Shown: positions 54,688 through 62,918 of the stretch, one piece after another
Layout: every line of letters starts with the position of its first letter
How positions within the stretch are numbered: position 1 is the first letter of the stretch
Origin: a virus
Taxonomy: Duplodnaviria; Caudoviricetes
Length of the DNA stretch: 64,000 nucleotides
Virus record (IMG/VR): IMGVR_UViG_3300042397_003635
Direction: 5' to 3' (one strand)
Program-made: the position numbers and the translations under genes
Notes under the pieces: generated by a model
What the model was told of the DNA's origin: nothing
Databases searched by the model: none
The model's input: only the letters and a program-made list of their open reading frames with translations

Positions 54688-55914
54688 TTAGTTAAGTGCT
54701 TTTCCTATTCGGGTTGCACCAAGTTGATATTCTTCTGGAGTAATACCCATGGCAGCTGCCTGATCTTCAACTGATAGCGATAATAATTTATCTTGATTTT
54801 GGCTAGTCCAATTTGCAACGATTGCTGCAATTTGTTCAGGTGTTTTTGAGTTATCTGACTCATTTACATCAGAGTTTTCCATTTCCATTAACCCGTTTCT
54901 ATAACAACCGATTGCTTCTGCAACGTATTCATTGTATTCGATTGGAGTTTGATCATTATGGATTTCTAATGCTTCGCTACAAAGTTTTTCACAAACTTCT
55001 TTAATCATTTCGCAAGTTGATTCATAGCAGGCAGATTCGTTATTCCAGCCTTCATTAATTGTCATGCCGTCATCCACCATTTCGTACATACACTTTTCCA
55101 TATAAGCGCAAGCTTCATTAAGATAGCCTTCAAATTGATGTTCTGGATCTGAATCTGCTTCATACATTGAAGCATCTGAATAAGTTGATTCGCATATAGA
55201 TTCAATTAGGTGGTGTGCAGCTTCAGATAACATAGACTTACTTCCATCATGGCAAGTATGACCTTCATTATATGATTTAGATGAACCAAATTCTTCTGGA
55301 TTTTCTCCATCGCCTTCTTCATCCCAATATTCAGCTTCACAGTGTTCTCCACAATCAGAGCAAATATCGCCCATCATAACTGAAGCACCGCAGCAGTTTG
55401 AGGTTGCACCATATTCATAAGCATCGCTTGGATCCCATGATTCATTTGCTTTAGCATGTATTTTAGCTGAATCATATACAGTTTTTAGCCATGATTCCAA
55501 TTCTTTGTTATCGCCAGCGTCTAAATTACTGTATTCCTTTTTGAAAGCTCTAACAAAACTCTTAAAGGTTTTAGATTCCTGTGCCAATAAGTCAATGTCA
55601 GACATTGCACTCTCTTTAATTGCAGCAGGTTTTTTCTTTTTAATAGCGTCAGTTTTAAATGCTTTATAATCTTCAAAGTCATTGTCACCGTCTCCGTCCT
55701 TATCGTACTTTGGATTATATTTTTTCTTTTCATTTATGAATTGCGTAAATCTTAGAACTTTATTTTCAGCGATAGCTGGTTCTTGATCACAAGTTTCGCA
55801 ATCTTCTGTAACCTGAGGGTTACGGCCAGTTTCATTATCAAACTGTTCGTCCTCTGAGTAGTAATTTGGCTTCTTTAGGAAAGCAGGTAAGTCTTTATTA
55901 GAAAATTTTCCCAT
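54688..55914 (-). CDS. Modular acidic Cys-rich protein with CTS-like motif, EF-hand-like loop and many xNE sites
   Basis: IAENKVLRFTQFINEK; DKDGDGDNDFED; SNCCG...ICSDCGEHC; duplicated module of about 48 aa. Confidence 0.78.
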   Translation of the reverse strand: MGKFSNKDLPAFLKKPNYYSEDEQFDNETGRNPQVTEDCETCDQEPAIAENKVLRFTQFINEKKKYNPKYDKDGDGDNDFEDYKAFKTDAIKKKKPAAIKESAMSDIDLLAQESKTFKSFVRAFKKEYSNLDAGDNKELESWLKTVYDSAKIHAKANESWDPSDAYEYGATSNCCGASVMMGDICSDCGEHCEAEYWDEEGDGENPEEFGSSKSYNEGHTCHDGSKSMLSEAAHHLIESICESTYSDASMYEADSDPEHQFEGYLNEACAYMEKCMYEMVDDGMTINEGWNNESACYESTCEMIKEVCEKLCSEALEIHNDQTPIEYNEYVAEAIGCYRNGLMEMENSDVNESDNSKTPEQIAAIVANWTSQNQDKLLSLSVEDQAAAMGITPEEYQLGATRIGKALN

Positions 55915-55935
55915 TTTAACTAGTTATTTCAGGGT

Positions 55936-55942
55936 TATTTAT
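55936..55942 (-). promoter_or_regulatory. Putative late promoter ATAAATA
   Basis: GATAAATAAC overlapping the clpC stop, about 22 nt before 55914. Confidence 0.6.
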
Positions 55943-57930
55943 CTAGATCGGTCCTCTATACTTGACTCTTTTAGTCCATTGCCGTCTTCTGAGATAGTAA
56001 TATTGACATGGCCGTTATCTTTTAGCTTAGCATCAATCCAAAGTTCAGCTAGAAGGTCCTCAACGTGATTTTGGACCATTCGTTTAATTGGACGTGCTCC
56101 ATATTTCTCATCATAGCCGTGTTCAATAATAAAATCTTTAGCAAGTTGATCTAATTCAAAGGTGTAACCATTTTCTAGTGATCGTGCAAGCAAATCTTTA
56201 AGTTCAATTTCTAAAATTTGACCTATTTCGGCTTTTTCTAGTGAATCAAAGATAATAATATCATCTACTCGATTCAAGAACTCAGGTTGGAACTTATTTT
56301 TAAGGGCTTTATCTAAAATGCTCTTAGCCAGGGCCTTTTCCTTTTCAATATTGTTGGCAGTTGCAAATCCAATACCAACTCCGCGATCCTGCATGTCTTT
56401 TACTCCAACATTTGAAGTCATAATAACAACAGTATTTCTAAAATTGATTTTTCGGCCTCTTCCATCAACTGCATAACCCTCATCTAAGATTTGGAGCAAA
56501 TTATTAAAGATATCTGGATGGGCCTTTTCAATTTCGTCTAATAAAACTACTGAATATGGTTTTCTACGAACTTTTTCAGTTAATTGACCGCCTTCTTCGT
56601 ATCCCACATAGCCTGGAGGCGCTCCCATCATTTTAGAAGCTGTAAATTTTTCTCCATATTCATTCATATCAACTCTGATAATATTTTCTTCAGAATCAAA
56701 CATTTCTTTTGCTAAGGCTTTAGCCAATTCAGTTTTTCCAACTCCAGTTGGACCTAAAAACATAAAAGTTCCAATTGGTTTTTTACGAGAAGCAATATTT
56801 GCACGACTTCTCTTAATAGCTCTAGATAATTTTTTAATTGCCTCAGCTTGACCAATAACGCGCTTACTTAAATCTGATTCTAACGCTGCAATTTTTTCAA
56901 GATCGGTTTGCGTTAGCTTTGCTACTGGAATTCCAGTTATTTCGGCAACTACCTCAGCAATTTTGCGGTCATCTACTTCAAGTCGATTGTCTTTTAGCGT
57001 TTTTTCCCACTCAACTTTAGCTTCATCAATTTTAACTAATTGATCACGCTCAGCATCTCTTAATTTAGCAGCGGCTTCGTATTTTTGAGATTCAACTGCG
57101 CTTCTTTTATTTTTTGAAATTTCACCAAGCTCTTCTTCAAGCTCTCTAATTTTTTGAGGAACAACTATTCCATCGATATGGACATTAGCTCCAGCTTCAT
57201 CTAATAAGTCAATTGCTTTATCTGGAAAAAATCTTTCAGTTAAGTATCGATCTGCTAATTTTACACATGAGTCTAATGCAGATGCGCTATACGTAACTGA
57301 GTGGTGACTTTCGTAGTATTCTTTAATATTTTCAAGAATTTGACGAGTTTGTTCTGGGGTAGACTGTTCAACTACTACTTGTTGAAAACGTCTATTAAGT
57401 GCACCATCCTTTTCAATAGACTCTCTGTATTCATCAATTGTAGTGGCTCCAATACATTGAATTTCTCCACGAGCCAATGCCGGTTTTAGGATATTCGCAG
57501 CGTCTAGTGATCCACTAGCTGAACCTGCTCCAACCATAGTATGAATTTCATCAATGAATAGGATAATGTTTGGATTGGCACTTACTTCATTAATAATAGC
57601 CTCCATTCGCTCTTCAAACTGCCCTCTGTATTTAGTTCCAGCAACAAGGCTACTAATTTCAAGTGCAATAATTTTCTTGTCAAATAGAACCCTTGGGCAA
57701 GTTTTATCAATAATCATTTTTGCAATGCCTTCAACGATTGCAGTTTTACCAACTCCAGGTTCTCCAATTAAAATAGGATTATTCTTTTTTCGTCTAGATA
57801 AGATTTGGCTACAACGCTTAACTTCAGCAAGGCGGCCAATTACTGGATCCATTCTTCCTTCAAGCGCAAGTTGAGTAAGGTCCTTTCCGAAATTATCTAG
57901 GACTGGTGTTCGTGTGTCTCTTTTTGACAT
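55939..57930 (-). CDS. clpC: ClpC-like double AAA+ unfoldase lacking the N-terminal Clp repeat domain
   Basis: GEPGVGKT, FIDEIH, UVR-type middle domain (QKYEAAAKLRDAE), GPTGVGKT, LLDEIEKAH, GIGF ClpP-docking loop. Confidence 0.92.
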   Translation of the reverse strand: MSKRDTRTPVLDNFGKDLTQLALEGRMDPVIGRLAEVKRCSQILSRRKKNNPILIGEPGVGKTAIVEGIAKMIIDKTCPRVLFDKKIIALEISSLVAGTKYRGQFEERMEAIINEVSANPNIILFIDEIHTMVGAGSASGSLDAANILKPALARGEIQCIGATTIDEYRESIEKDGALNRRFQQVVVEQSTPEQTRQILENIKEYYESHHSVTYSASALDSCVKLADRYLTERFFPDKAIDLLDEAGANVHIDGIVVPQKIRELEEELGEISKNKRSAVESQKYEAAAKLRDAERDQLVKIDEAKVEWEKTLKDNRLEVDDRKIAEVVAEITGIPVAKLTQTDLEKIAALESDLSKRVIGQAEAIKKLSRAIKRSRANIASRKKPIGTFMFLGPTGVGKTELAKALAKEMFDSEENIIRVDMNEYGEKFTASKMMGAPPGYVGYEEGGQLTEKVRRKPYSVVLLDEIEKAHPDIFNNLLQILDEGYAVDGRGRKINFRNTVVIMTSNVGVKDMQDRGVGIGFATANNIEKEKALAKSILDKALKNKFQPEFLNRVDDIIIFDSLEKAEIGQILEIELKDLLARSLENGYTFELDQLAKDFIIEHGYDEKYGARPIKRMVQNHVEDLLAELWIDAKLKDNGHVNITISEDGNGLKESSIEDRSR

Positions 57931-57936
57931 AGTATA

Positions 57937-58566
57937 TTATCGTGGATTTTTATTAGTATGTTTAAGCATTTTACCTTCTAAACTTGCAACAGCTTGTTCC
58001 AAAGTTGTCTTTGAATTATGGAGCATTTTCTTTTCCATTTGTCTGCGACGACTTTCAATCATTCTATCAAATCTATCGAGTAGATAATCAAATACCGTTT
58101 GTGAAATTGCAATTTCATAATAGTATTGATGATTTGATAAAATTATAGTTTGGTACTTAAGAATAATAAAGACATGTGCGTTTGGGGTTTGTACATATCG
58201 TGCGCCGCTTGTTGGTGCAATTAAGAGAGTATTCTTTGGGTCTTTAAGTGAAACATCAAGGGCCTTTATTGCAAGAGCTGCTCTATCATCAATTGCAACA
58301 CCAGATCGGGTTGAGTAAAACTTTTTTAGTTTTTGATTAACTAAATATCGTTTAAATTTAAAAGCAAGACGATTAAAGAATCGCTTAATAAAGCCTGGAG
58401 TTTTCACAAGTTTGGGTGGGGTTAGAATAGAATTAAATGCAGCCTCACTAAGAATTTCATACGATTCATAGTTTGGTTTTACGGTATCTTCCTCGTGTTT
58501 TGGCTTAGCCGAAAAACTTTTGGGCGTCCTTTTAAGAACAATATCAAGAGTTGAGGAATTTCGCAT
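57937..58566 (-). CDS. Hypothetical basic protein (209 aa)
   Basis: ORF upstream of clpC, coupled to the preceding gene. Confidence 0.7.
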   Translation of the reverse strand: MRNSSTLDIVLKRTPKSFSAKPKHEEDTVKPNYESYEILSEAAFNSILTPPKLVKTPGFIKRFFNRLAFKFKRYLVNQKLKKFYSTRSGVAIDDRAALAIKALDVSLKDPKNTLLIAPTSGARYVQTPNAHVFIILKYQTIILSNHQYYYEIAISQTVFDYLLDRFDRMIESRRRQMEKKMLHNSKTTLEQAVASLEGKMLKHTNKNPR

Positions 58567-58793
58567 TATAGAATAATTTTAGATTCAGGGCCCTCCTCTG
58601 GAACTTCCATTCTTTCAATTAATAAATTAAAAGCCTCATCTAATCCAACTGCAATCAGATCCATCATATCGTCATCGGTTTTTAGTAAACCTATTACTTT
58701 AGCTTGACCCATTGCTTGCATCATGGCTTGAGCAGTTTCTTTTGCAAATTCTGTTATATCGCCACTAGGCAATTTCTTTAACTTTGATTCCAT
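58566..58793 (-). CDS. Hypothetical protein
   Basis: ATG at 58793 (MESKLKK...) preferred over the TTG at 58829. Confidence 0.6.
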   Translation of the reverse strand: MESKLKKLPSGDITEFAKETAQAMMQAMGQAKVIGLLKTDDDMMDLIAVGLDEAFNLLIERMEVPEEGPESKIIL

Positions 58794-58920
58794 ATGTTGT
58801 TTTATAAATTTTGTGAATTGATTCTGCAAGTTTTCTATCTAAGATTACTTGAGATAAGAGAATGCCGTGTTCCTTACAATATTCTCTAACAAATACTTTA
58901 AAGTTGGGTTTCTGTTTCAT
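58765..58920 (-). CDS. 51-aa ORF missing from the ORF track
   Basis: MKQKPNFKVFVREYCKEHGILLSQVILDRKLAESIHKIYKTTYGIKVKEIA; preceded by GGTATAAT. Confidence 0.55.
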   Translation of the reverse strand: MKQKPNFKVFVREYCKEHGILLSQVILDRKLAESIHKIYKTTYGIKVKEIA

Positions 58921-58939
58921 AATAATATTATACCTAATT

Positions 58940-59578
58940 TTAGTCCCACCAGCCTTTTAGGCCAGTACCATTAAACCAATTATTCCAAAGATCCCTATCC
59001 TCTCCCATTCCTTCTTTTTTGGCCTTTTTATATAGCCTACTGTATTCTTTATGGTTTTGGCCCTGTAAGATTTCAAATAATTCTTTCCACTCCAAGTCTT
59101 CGATTTCACGAGCCCTATCGAATACTTTACGATTATGCTTCTTTTCCTCTGGCGTGTCTTTATCAATTAGTCTGGAATATCCAGGTTTATCTGGAACCTC
59201 TTCGAACTCCCAATCGTGGAGATAAATTGGACCAAGTTCAGCCTCAGCCATATCAATGAAATTGCTTTGATTGTAGTTCTTGATAATTTCAACAGCTCTA
59301 CGCATAGCTGCTACCTTTTTCATTCTAGGTCCATCTACTTCCATTCCTTTAACTTCCAAGTTATCAGACATGTGAGTTAAGCCAGTTTCTAGAAACATTA
59401 AGGTGCCATGATGATCCCACCAATAGTGGTTAGCTAAGGCTTTTCTAAATCTCCAAACATTCTTGATAAATCGAGAAATATCATATCGAAAAAATGCCCA
59501 AAATTTATAGACACGACTTTCGTGCCAAATTAGTTTCTTTAAGCTTTTAGAAAAGCTATCTGCAAATTTAATATCCAT
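58940..59578 (-). CDS. Hypothetical protein (212 aa, Trp-rich)
   Basis: Long ORF ending GLKGWWD; preceded by AGTATAAT. Confidence 0.75.
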   Translation of the reverse strand: MDIKFADSFSKSLKKLIWHESRVYKFWAFFRYDISRFIKNVWRFRKALANHYWWDHHGTLMFLETGLTHMSDNLEVKGMEVDGPRMKKVAAMRRAVEIIKNYNQSNFIDMAEAELGPIYLHDWEFEEVPDKPGYSRLIDKDTPEEKKHNRKVFDRAREIEDLEWKELFEILQGQNHKEYSRLYKKAKKEGMGEDRDLWNNWFNGTGLKGWWD

Positions 59579-59609
59579 AATAACAAGTATTTAGGATATT
59601 ATACTTAAT

Positions 59610-60275
59610 TTACTTAACTTTGAACTTAAATCCGGTAATCTTTTCGATTTGGGCTACTGGCACTTCATTATTTTGCATACCATCTGGCTTGTCTGTAGTA
59701 TTTGCAAAAAGATATGCATGCCATTCATTTTTAGATTTGATGTAGATAACTTTCCAGCAATGAGTAGGAACTGCTGTTCCTTTACCGATAGTTTTAGCAA
59801 CTCCAATATTTCCACACCATACTTTAACTGAATCTGCAATTGCCGCTGTTTGGCGAGTATAGGTTTCCAATGATTTCCAGTCTCCAGCATTTAGGGAATG
59901 GTATTGAGCTGACATATTTGAAAAATAGAAACACTCATCTTGTACCGCTTGAGTTTGGCAAAGATTGTCTGCTGCTGGCATCATATGTCCACGGTCAGTT
60001 CCTGATCCAACATAGTCTGCTGCAATATTAGTTTCAATTGGAAGTAGTGGATCTGGCTTAAATGCGTCCTTTCTTTTAAGTGGAGTTGGACAAGTTACCA
60101 TTGCTTTGGTTGTCCACCATTCAACAAGAACAGGGTACTTCAGAGATTTTGAAAAAACTGCTGTGTAGTTTGTATGCTTTAGTCTAACTGTATCAGTAGT
60201 AGCAAATTTGGTTTGGATCTGTGCTGATGCTACCACCGGTAACAAAAATAGCAAAATGTAAAATATACGTTTCAT
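59610..60275 (-). CDS. Secreted DNA/RNA non-specific endonuclease (His-Me finger)
   Basis: Signal peptide MKRIFYILLFLLPVVASA/Q; DRGHMMPA, FSNMSAQ, LNAGDWKSLE. Confidence 0.92.
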   Translation of the reverse strand: MKRIFYILLFLLPVVASAQIQTKFATTDTVRLKHTNYTAVFSKSLKYPVLVEWWTTKAMVTCPTPLKRKDAFKPDPLLPIETNIAADYVGSGTDRGHMMPAADNLCQTQAVQDECFYFSNMSAQYHSLNAGDWKSLETYTRQTAAIADSVKVWCGNIGVAKTIGKGTAVPTHCWKVIYIKSKNEWHAYLFANTTDKPDGMQNNEVPVAQIEKITGFKFKVK

Positions 60276-60280
60276 AGGGA

Positions 60281-60287
60281 TATTTAT
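60281..60287 (-). promoter_or_regulatory. Putative late promoter ATAAATA
   Basis: GAATAAATATC 5 nt upstream of the nuclease ATG. Confidence 0.5.
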
Positions 60288-60529
60288 TCCCCAGTCTTAA
60301 CTATTTCAATCATTATACCAGCACGACCTGCAGAGATAGTATACGTATTAAAACGGTTATCGTGGATCCATCCATAATCCTTAAATCTAAATAAGATACA
60401 GTCCTTACCTTCAAACCAAACATGAATTGCATTGGTTGCATAATCTATTGAAGGCTGTGTAATTACACCAGCTTTCCAACTGTTCCTAAATTCTGGTTCA
60501 AATTCATCTGGCGTAATTAATATGTGCAT
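60284..60529 (-). CDS. Hypothetical protein (81 aa)
   Basis: ORF in a tightly packed minus-strand run. Confidence 0.6.
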   Translation of the reverse strand: MHILITPDEFEPEFRNSWKAGVITQPSIDYATNAIHVWFEGKDCILFRFKDYGWIHDNRFNTYTISAGRAGIMIEIVKTGE

Positions 60530-60553
60530 TAAATAAGGAGGGTGTTTTCAAGA

Positions 60554-60649
60554 TTATTTACCTTGATTGAAATATGAAATTATAATAGCTGCACCAATAC
60601 CAATTACGGCAAGGCCCAGTCCAATTAAATGTATTGTGGTTTCTAGCAT
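60554..60649 (-). CDS. Possible 31-aa single-pass membrane protein
   Basis: MLETTIHLIGLGLAVIGIGAAIIISYFNQGK fills the gap between neighbouring genes. Confidence 0.45.
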   Translation of the reverse strand: MLETTIHLIGLGLAVIGIGAAIIISYFNQGK

Positions 60650-60653
60650 AATT

Positions 60654-60890
60654 CTAATATATTTTTAAGCCAGGATATTCAACTATCCTTGCAAATCTTT
60701 TATCAATTTTAAATCTTTTCTCAAGTACTTCAGTCAAGGCCTCTTCTTTAGTTTTACCGCTATACAAATAAGACACCGATCCATATCCCATATCAACAAC
60801 GTATCTAAGTTCCAACCAGCCAAACCAGGTTTTTTGTTGAATTGAAAATTGTCCATCAAATTCAACAAATCTAATTTTAAAAGTTTTCAT
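60654..60890 (-). CDS. Hypothetical protein (78 aa)
   Basis: ORF 1 nt downstream of the thyA stop. Confidence 0.6.
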   Translation of the reverse strand: MKTFKIRFVEFDGQFSIQQKTWFGWLELRYVVDMGYGSVSYLYSGKTKEEALTEVLEKRFKIDKRFARIVEYPGLKIY

Positions 60891-60891
60891 A

Positions 60892-62082
60892 TTAATTACT
60901 TAGTGGTGCTTTAATTGAAGGATGTGATTTATAATTCTCTACTTTAAACGTAAAATCAGTATCAAACGTATTAATAATCTCATCTACTTCTAATAGGTGC
61001 CAATTTTTATTTCCAGAATTTATTACTAGCTTAGGTAATACATAAGGCTCTCTCTCGGCTATTCTGGGCACTCCCCATTGATCTATTTCTGAATGAGATA
61101 AGGTACTAGGGTCTCCACCAGTATAGATCTCATTGAACATCTCTTGAGTAACCATTGCTCTACGCTCGTCTAAACTGTATCGATGTCCAATCTGTTCTTG
61201 CGCTTGCTCTAGGTGATTTAAGTAAAGGTGAGTATCTCCTAAATTTCCAACTAACTGATCAGGTACCATATTAACCATCTTTGCAATAATTTCAAGTAAT
61301 AAACCATACGAAGCAATATTGAAAGGTAAACCTAAAAAAGTATCAACTGAACGCTGATTCCACATTAGGGAAACTGCTCTCTTTGGAGTTGAGTCTTTAG
61401 CAATTTCTTCAACAATATAGAGATTCTCTAATTCAACATCTGTATTTTTTAGAACCCATTGAACTTGTTCTTCCCATGTTAATTCTCTCGTATACATTTG
61501 AAATCCATAATGACAAGGTGGAAGAACCATATTATCAATTTCACCAACATTCCAAGCATTAACCATTAGTCGTCTTGAATCAGGATTTGTTTTAAGGTCG
61601 TTGATTAGGTTTTGGATTTGGTCTATATACTTAATACTTTCAGTATCTTCCCATTCAATCCCCCATCTTCTCCATTGCTTACCATAAATTGGTCCTAATT
61701 CGCCAAATTCTTTTGCAAAAGCATCATCAGTTTTAATGCGCTCAACGAAAGCTGGCATCTCCATTGGAATATAATATTTCGAATGAACTTTTGATAATTG
61801 ATTCACATAGTTTTTATATGCATCTCCATTCCAAATATTACAGCCATTTTGAACTAGGAATTGAATATTTGTATCTCCTCTTAGGAACCAAATTAGCTCA
61901 GTGACCATGGTTTTCCAAGCCATTTTCTTAGTAGTTAAGAGAGGAAATCCATCCTTCATATTATGACGAACCGTATAACCAAAAATAGATTTGGTTCCAG
62001 TTCCAGTTCGATCACCTTTGACAATTCCATGTTCTAAAATTGTTTTAAGCAGATCTTGATATTGAGTGTCTAAGTTATTCAT
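60892..62082 (-). CDS. thyA: Thymidylate synthase (canonical ThyA, with insertions)
   Basis: DRTGTGT, FPLLTTKK, LGPIYGKQWR, LPPCH, QRSVDTFLGLPFNIASY, GDTHLYLNH. Confidence 0.96.
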   Translation of the reverse strand: MNNLDTQYQDLLKTILEHGIVKGDRTGTGTKSIFGYTVRHNMKDGFPLLTTKKMAWKTMVTELIWFLRGDTNIQFLVQNGCNIWNGDAYKNYVNQLSKVHSKYYIPMEMPAFVERIKTDDAFAKEFGELGPIYGKQWRRWGIEWEDTESIKYIDQIQNLINDLKTNPDSRRLMVNAWNVGEIDNMVLPPCHYGFQMYTRELTWEEQVQWVLKNTDVELENLYIVEEIAKDSTPKRAVSLMWNQRSVDTFLGLPFNIASYGLLLEIIAKMVNMVPDQLVGNLGDTHLYLNHLEQAQEQIGHRYSLDERRAMVTQEMFNEIYTGGDPSTLSHSEIDQWGVPRIAEREPYVLPKLVINSGNKNWHLLEVDEIINTFDTDFTFKVENYKSHPSIKAPLSN

Positions 62083-62378
62083 ATATTTGCATCATATTTC
62101 TTTGCTAATCCAATTGCTCTAATTATGGTGAGAACTGCACCCATTACCATCCATACATAGTGCCTAAAACCCCAATGCCATTCTGGATCATGGAATCCAT
62201 TTCCTGCATAATTACAGCCTGTATAATGATAAGTATTTGGAATTGCTTCGCCGCTACCCTGACACAGCCAATCTCCAAAAAATTCTCTAAAGTATTCTGG
62301 AATAAAGGACACTAGCATTAATAACAGTCCAATCAATACTATGTCAATCATTAATTTTAAATTCTTACTCATTACCAC
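62079..62378 (-). CDS. Hypothetical membrane protein (2 TM)
   Basis: Hydrophobic N- and C-terminal helices around a Cys-Cys loop. Confidence 0.65.
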   Translation of the reverse strand: MVMSKNLKLMIDIVLIGLLLMLVSFIPEYFREFFGDWLCQGSGEAIPNTYHYTGCNYAGNGFHDPEWHWGFRHYVWMVMGAVLTIIRAIGLAKKYDANI

Positions 62379-62559
62379 CTATTTTTTTAATATTATAGGC
62401 ATAGCCCGAATCAGAATTTACTTGAAATCGTCTTCGCATTTCTTCAGCCTCAGTCTCATTTTCAAATTCCATTACTTCACTGTTACCATCTAACAAGATA
62501 ACTGGCAAGTGAGATGAACCATCAGAGGTTCTGACCATTTTTACAATTACGTAGCTCAT
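62365..62559 (-). CDS. Hypothetical protein (64 aa)
   Basis: ORF in a packed operon. Confidence 0.6.
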   Translation of the reverse strand: MSYVIVKMVRTSDGSSHLPVILLDGNSEVMEFENETEAEEMRRRFQVNSDSGYAYNIKKIGGNE

Positions 62560-62561
62560 AT

Positions 62562-62918
62562 TTAAAATTTTAAATCAATGTTTATATTGTTTGAGGTATT
62601 ACTCCAGAATTCATAAGTATCGCCATCTTTAAATTTATCGCGACCCTTTTCTAATTCTTTGGTAATCTTTTTAGCAAGTTCTTCAGTAAGCTTGCGTTTT
62701 TCAGCTTGGATTTCATTATTAATTTGAGTAATTACCTCATCTTCAAAATTAGCAGAAATTCCATCTTCTGTAACTAATACGGTTTTATCAGAATTAATTA
62801 CAAACCACTCAAATCCAGTTGTACAACCTGCTAAAAATAAGAGTCGACTTTGTGGATCTTCTCCATAAAAGTCGACTAGTCTATCAAATACTTTATGACC
62901 AATATCAATTACATCCAT
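62562..62918 (-). CDS. Hypothetical protein (118 aa)
   Basis: ORF in a packed operon. Confidence 0.65.
   Translation of the reverse strand: MDVIDIGHKVFDRLVDFYGEDPQSRLLFLAGCTTGFEWFVINSDKTVLVTEDGISANFEDEVITQINNEIQAEKRKLTEELAKKITKELEKGRDKFKDGDTYEFWSNTSNNINIDLKF

Noticed and set aside
58765-58920. NFKVFVRE as another capsid-targeting tag
   Set aside because: It lacks the hydrophobic residue at -3 and the [IL]xE site, and the gene has an early-type GGTATAAT promoter; probably chance.
1301-60031. Numerous short antisense or alternate-frame ORFs in the track (e.g. 1474-1701, 5534-5746, 15492-15881, 27126-27500, 32052-32417, 57554-57874)
   Set aside because: They are fully nested in well-supported genes, show no recognisable motifs, and have the composition expected of shadow frames.
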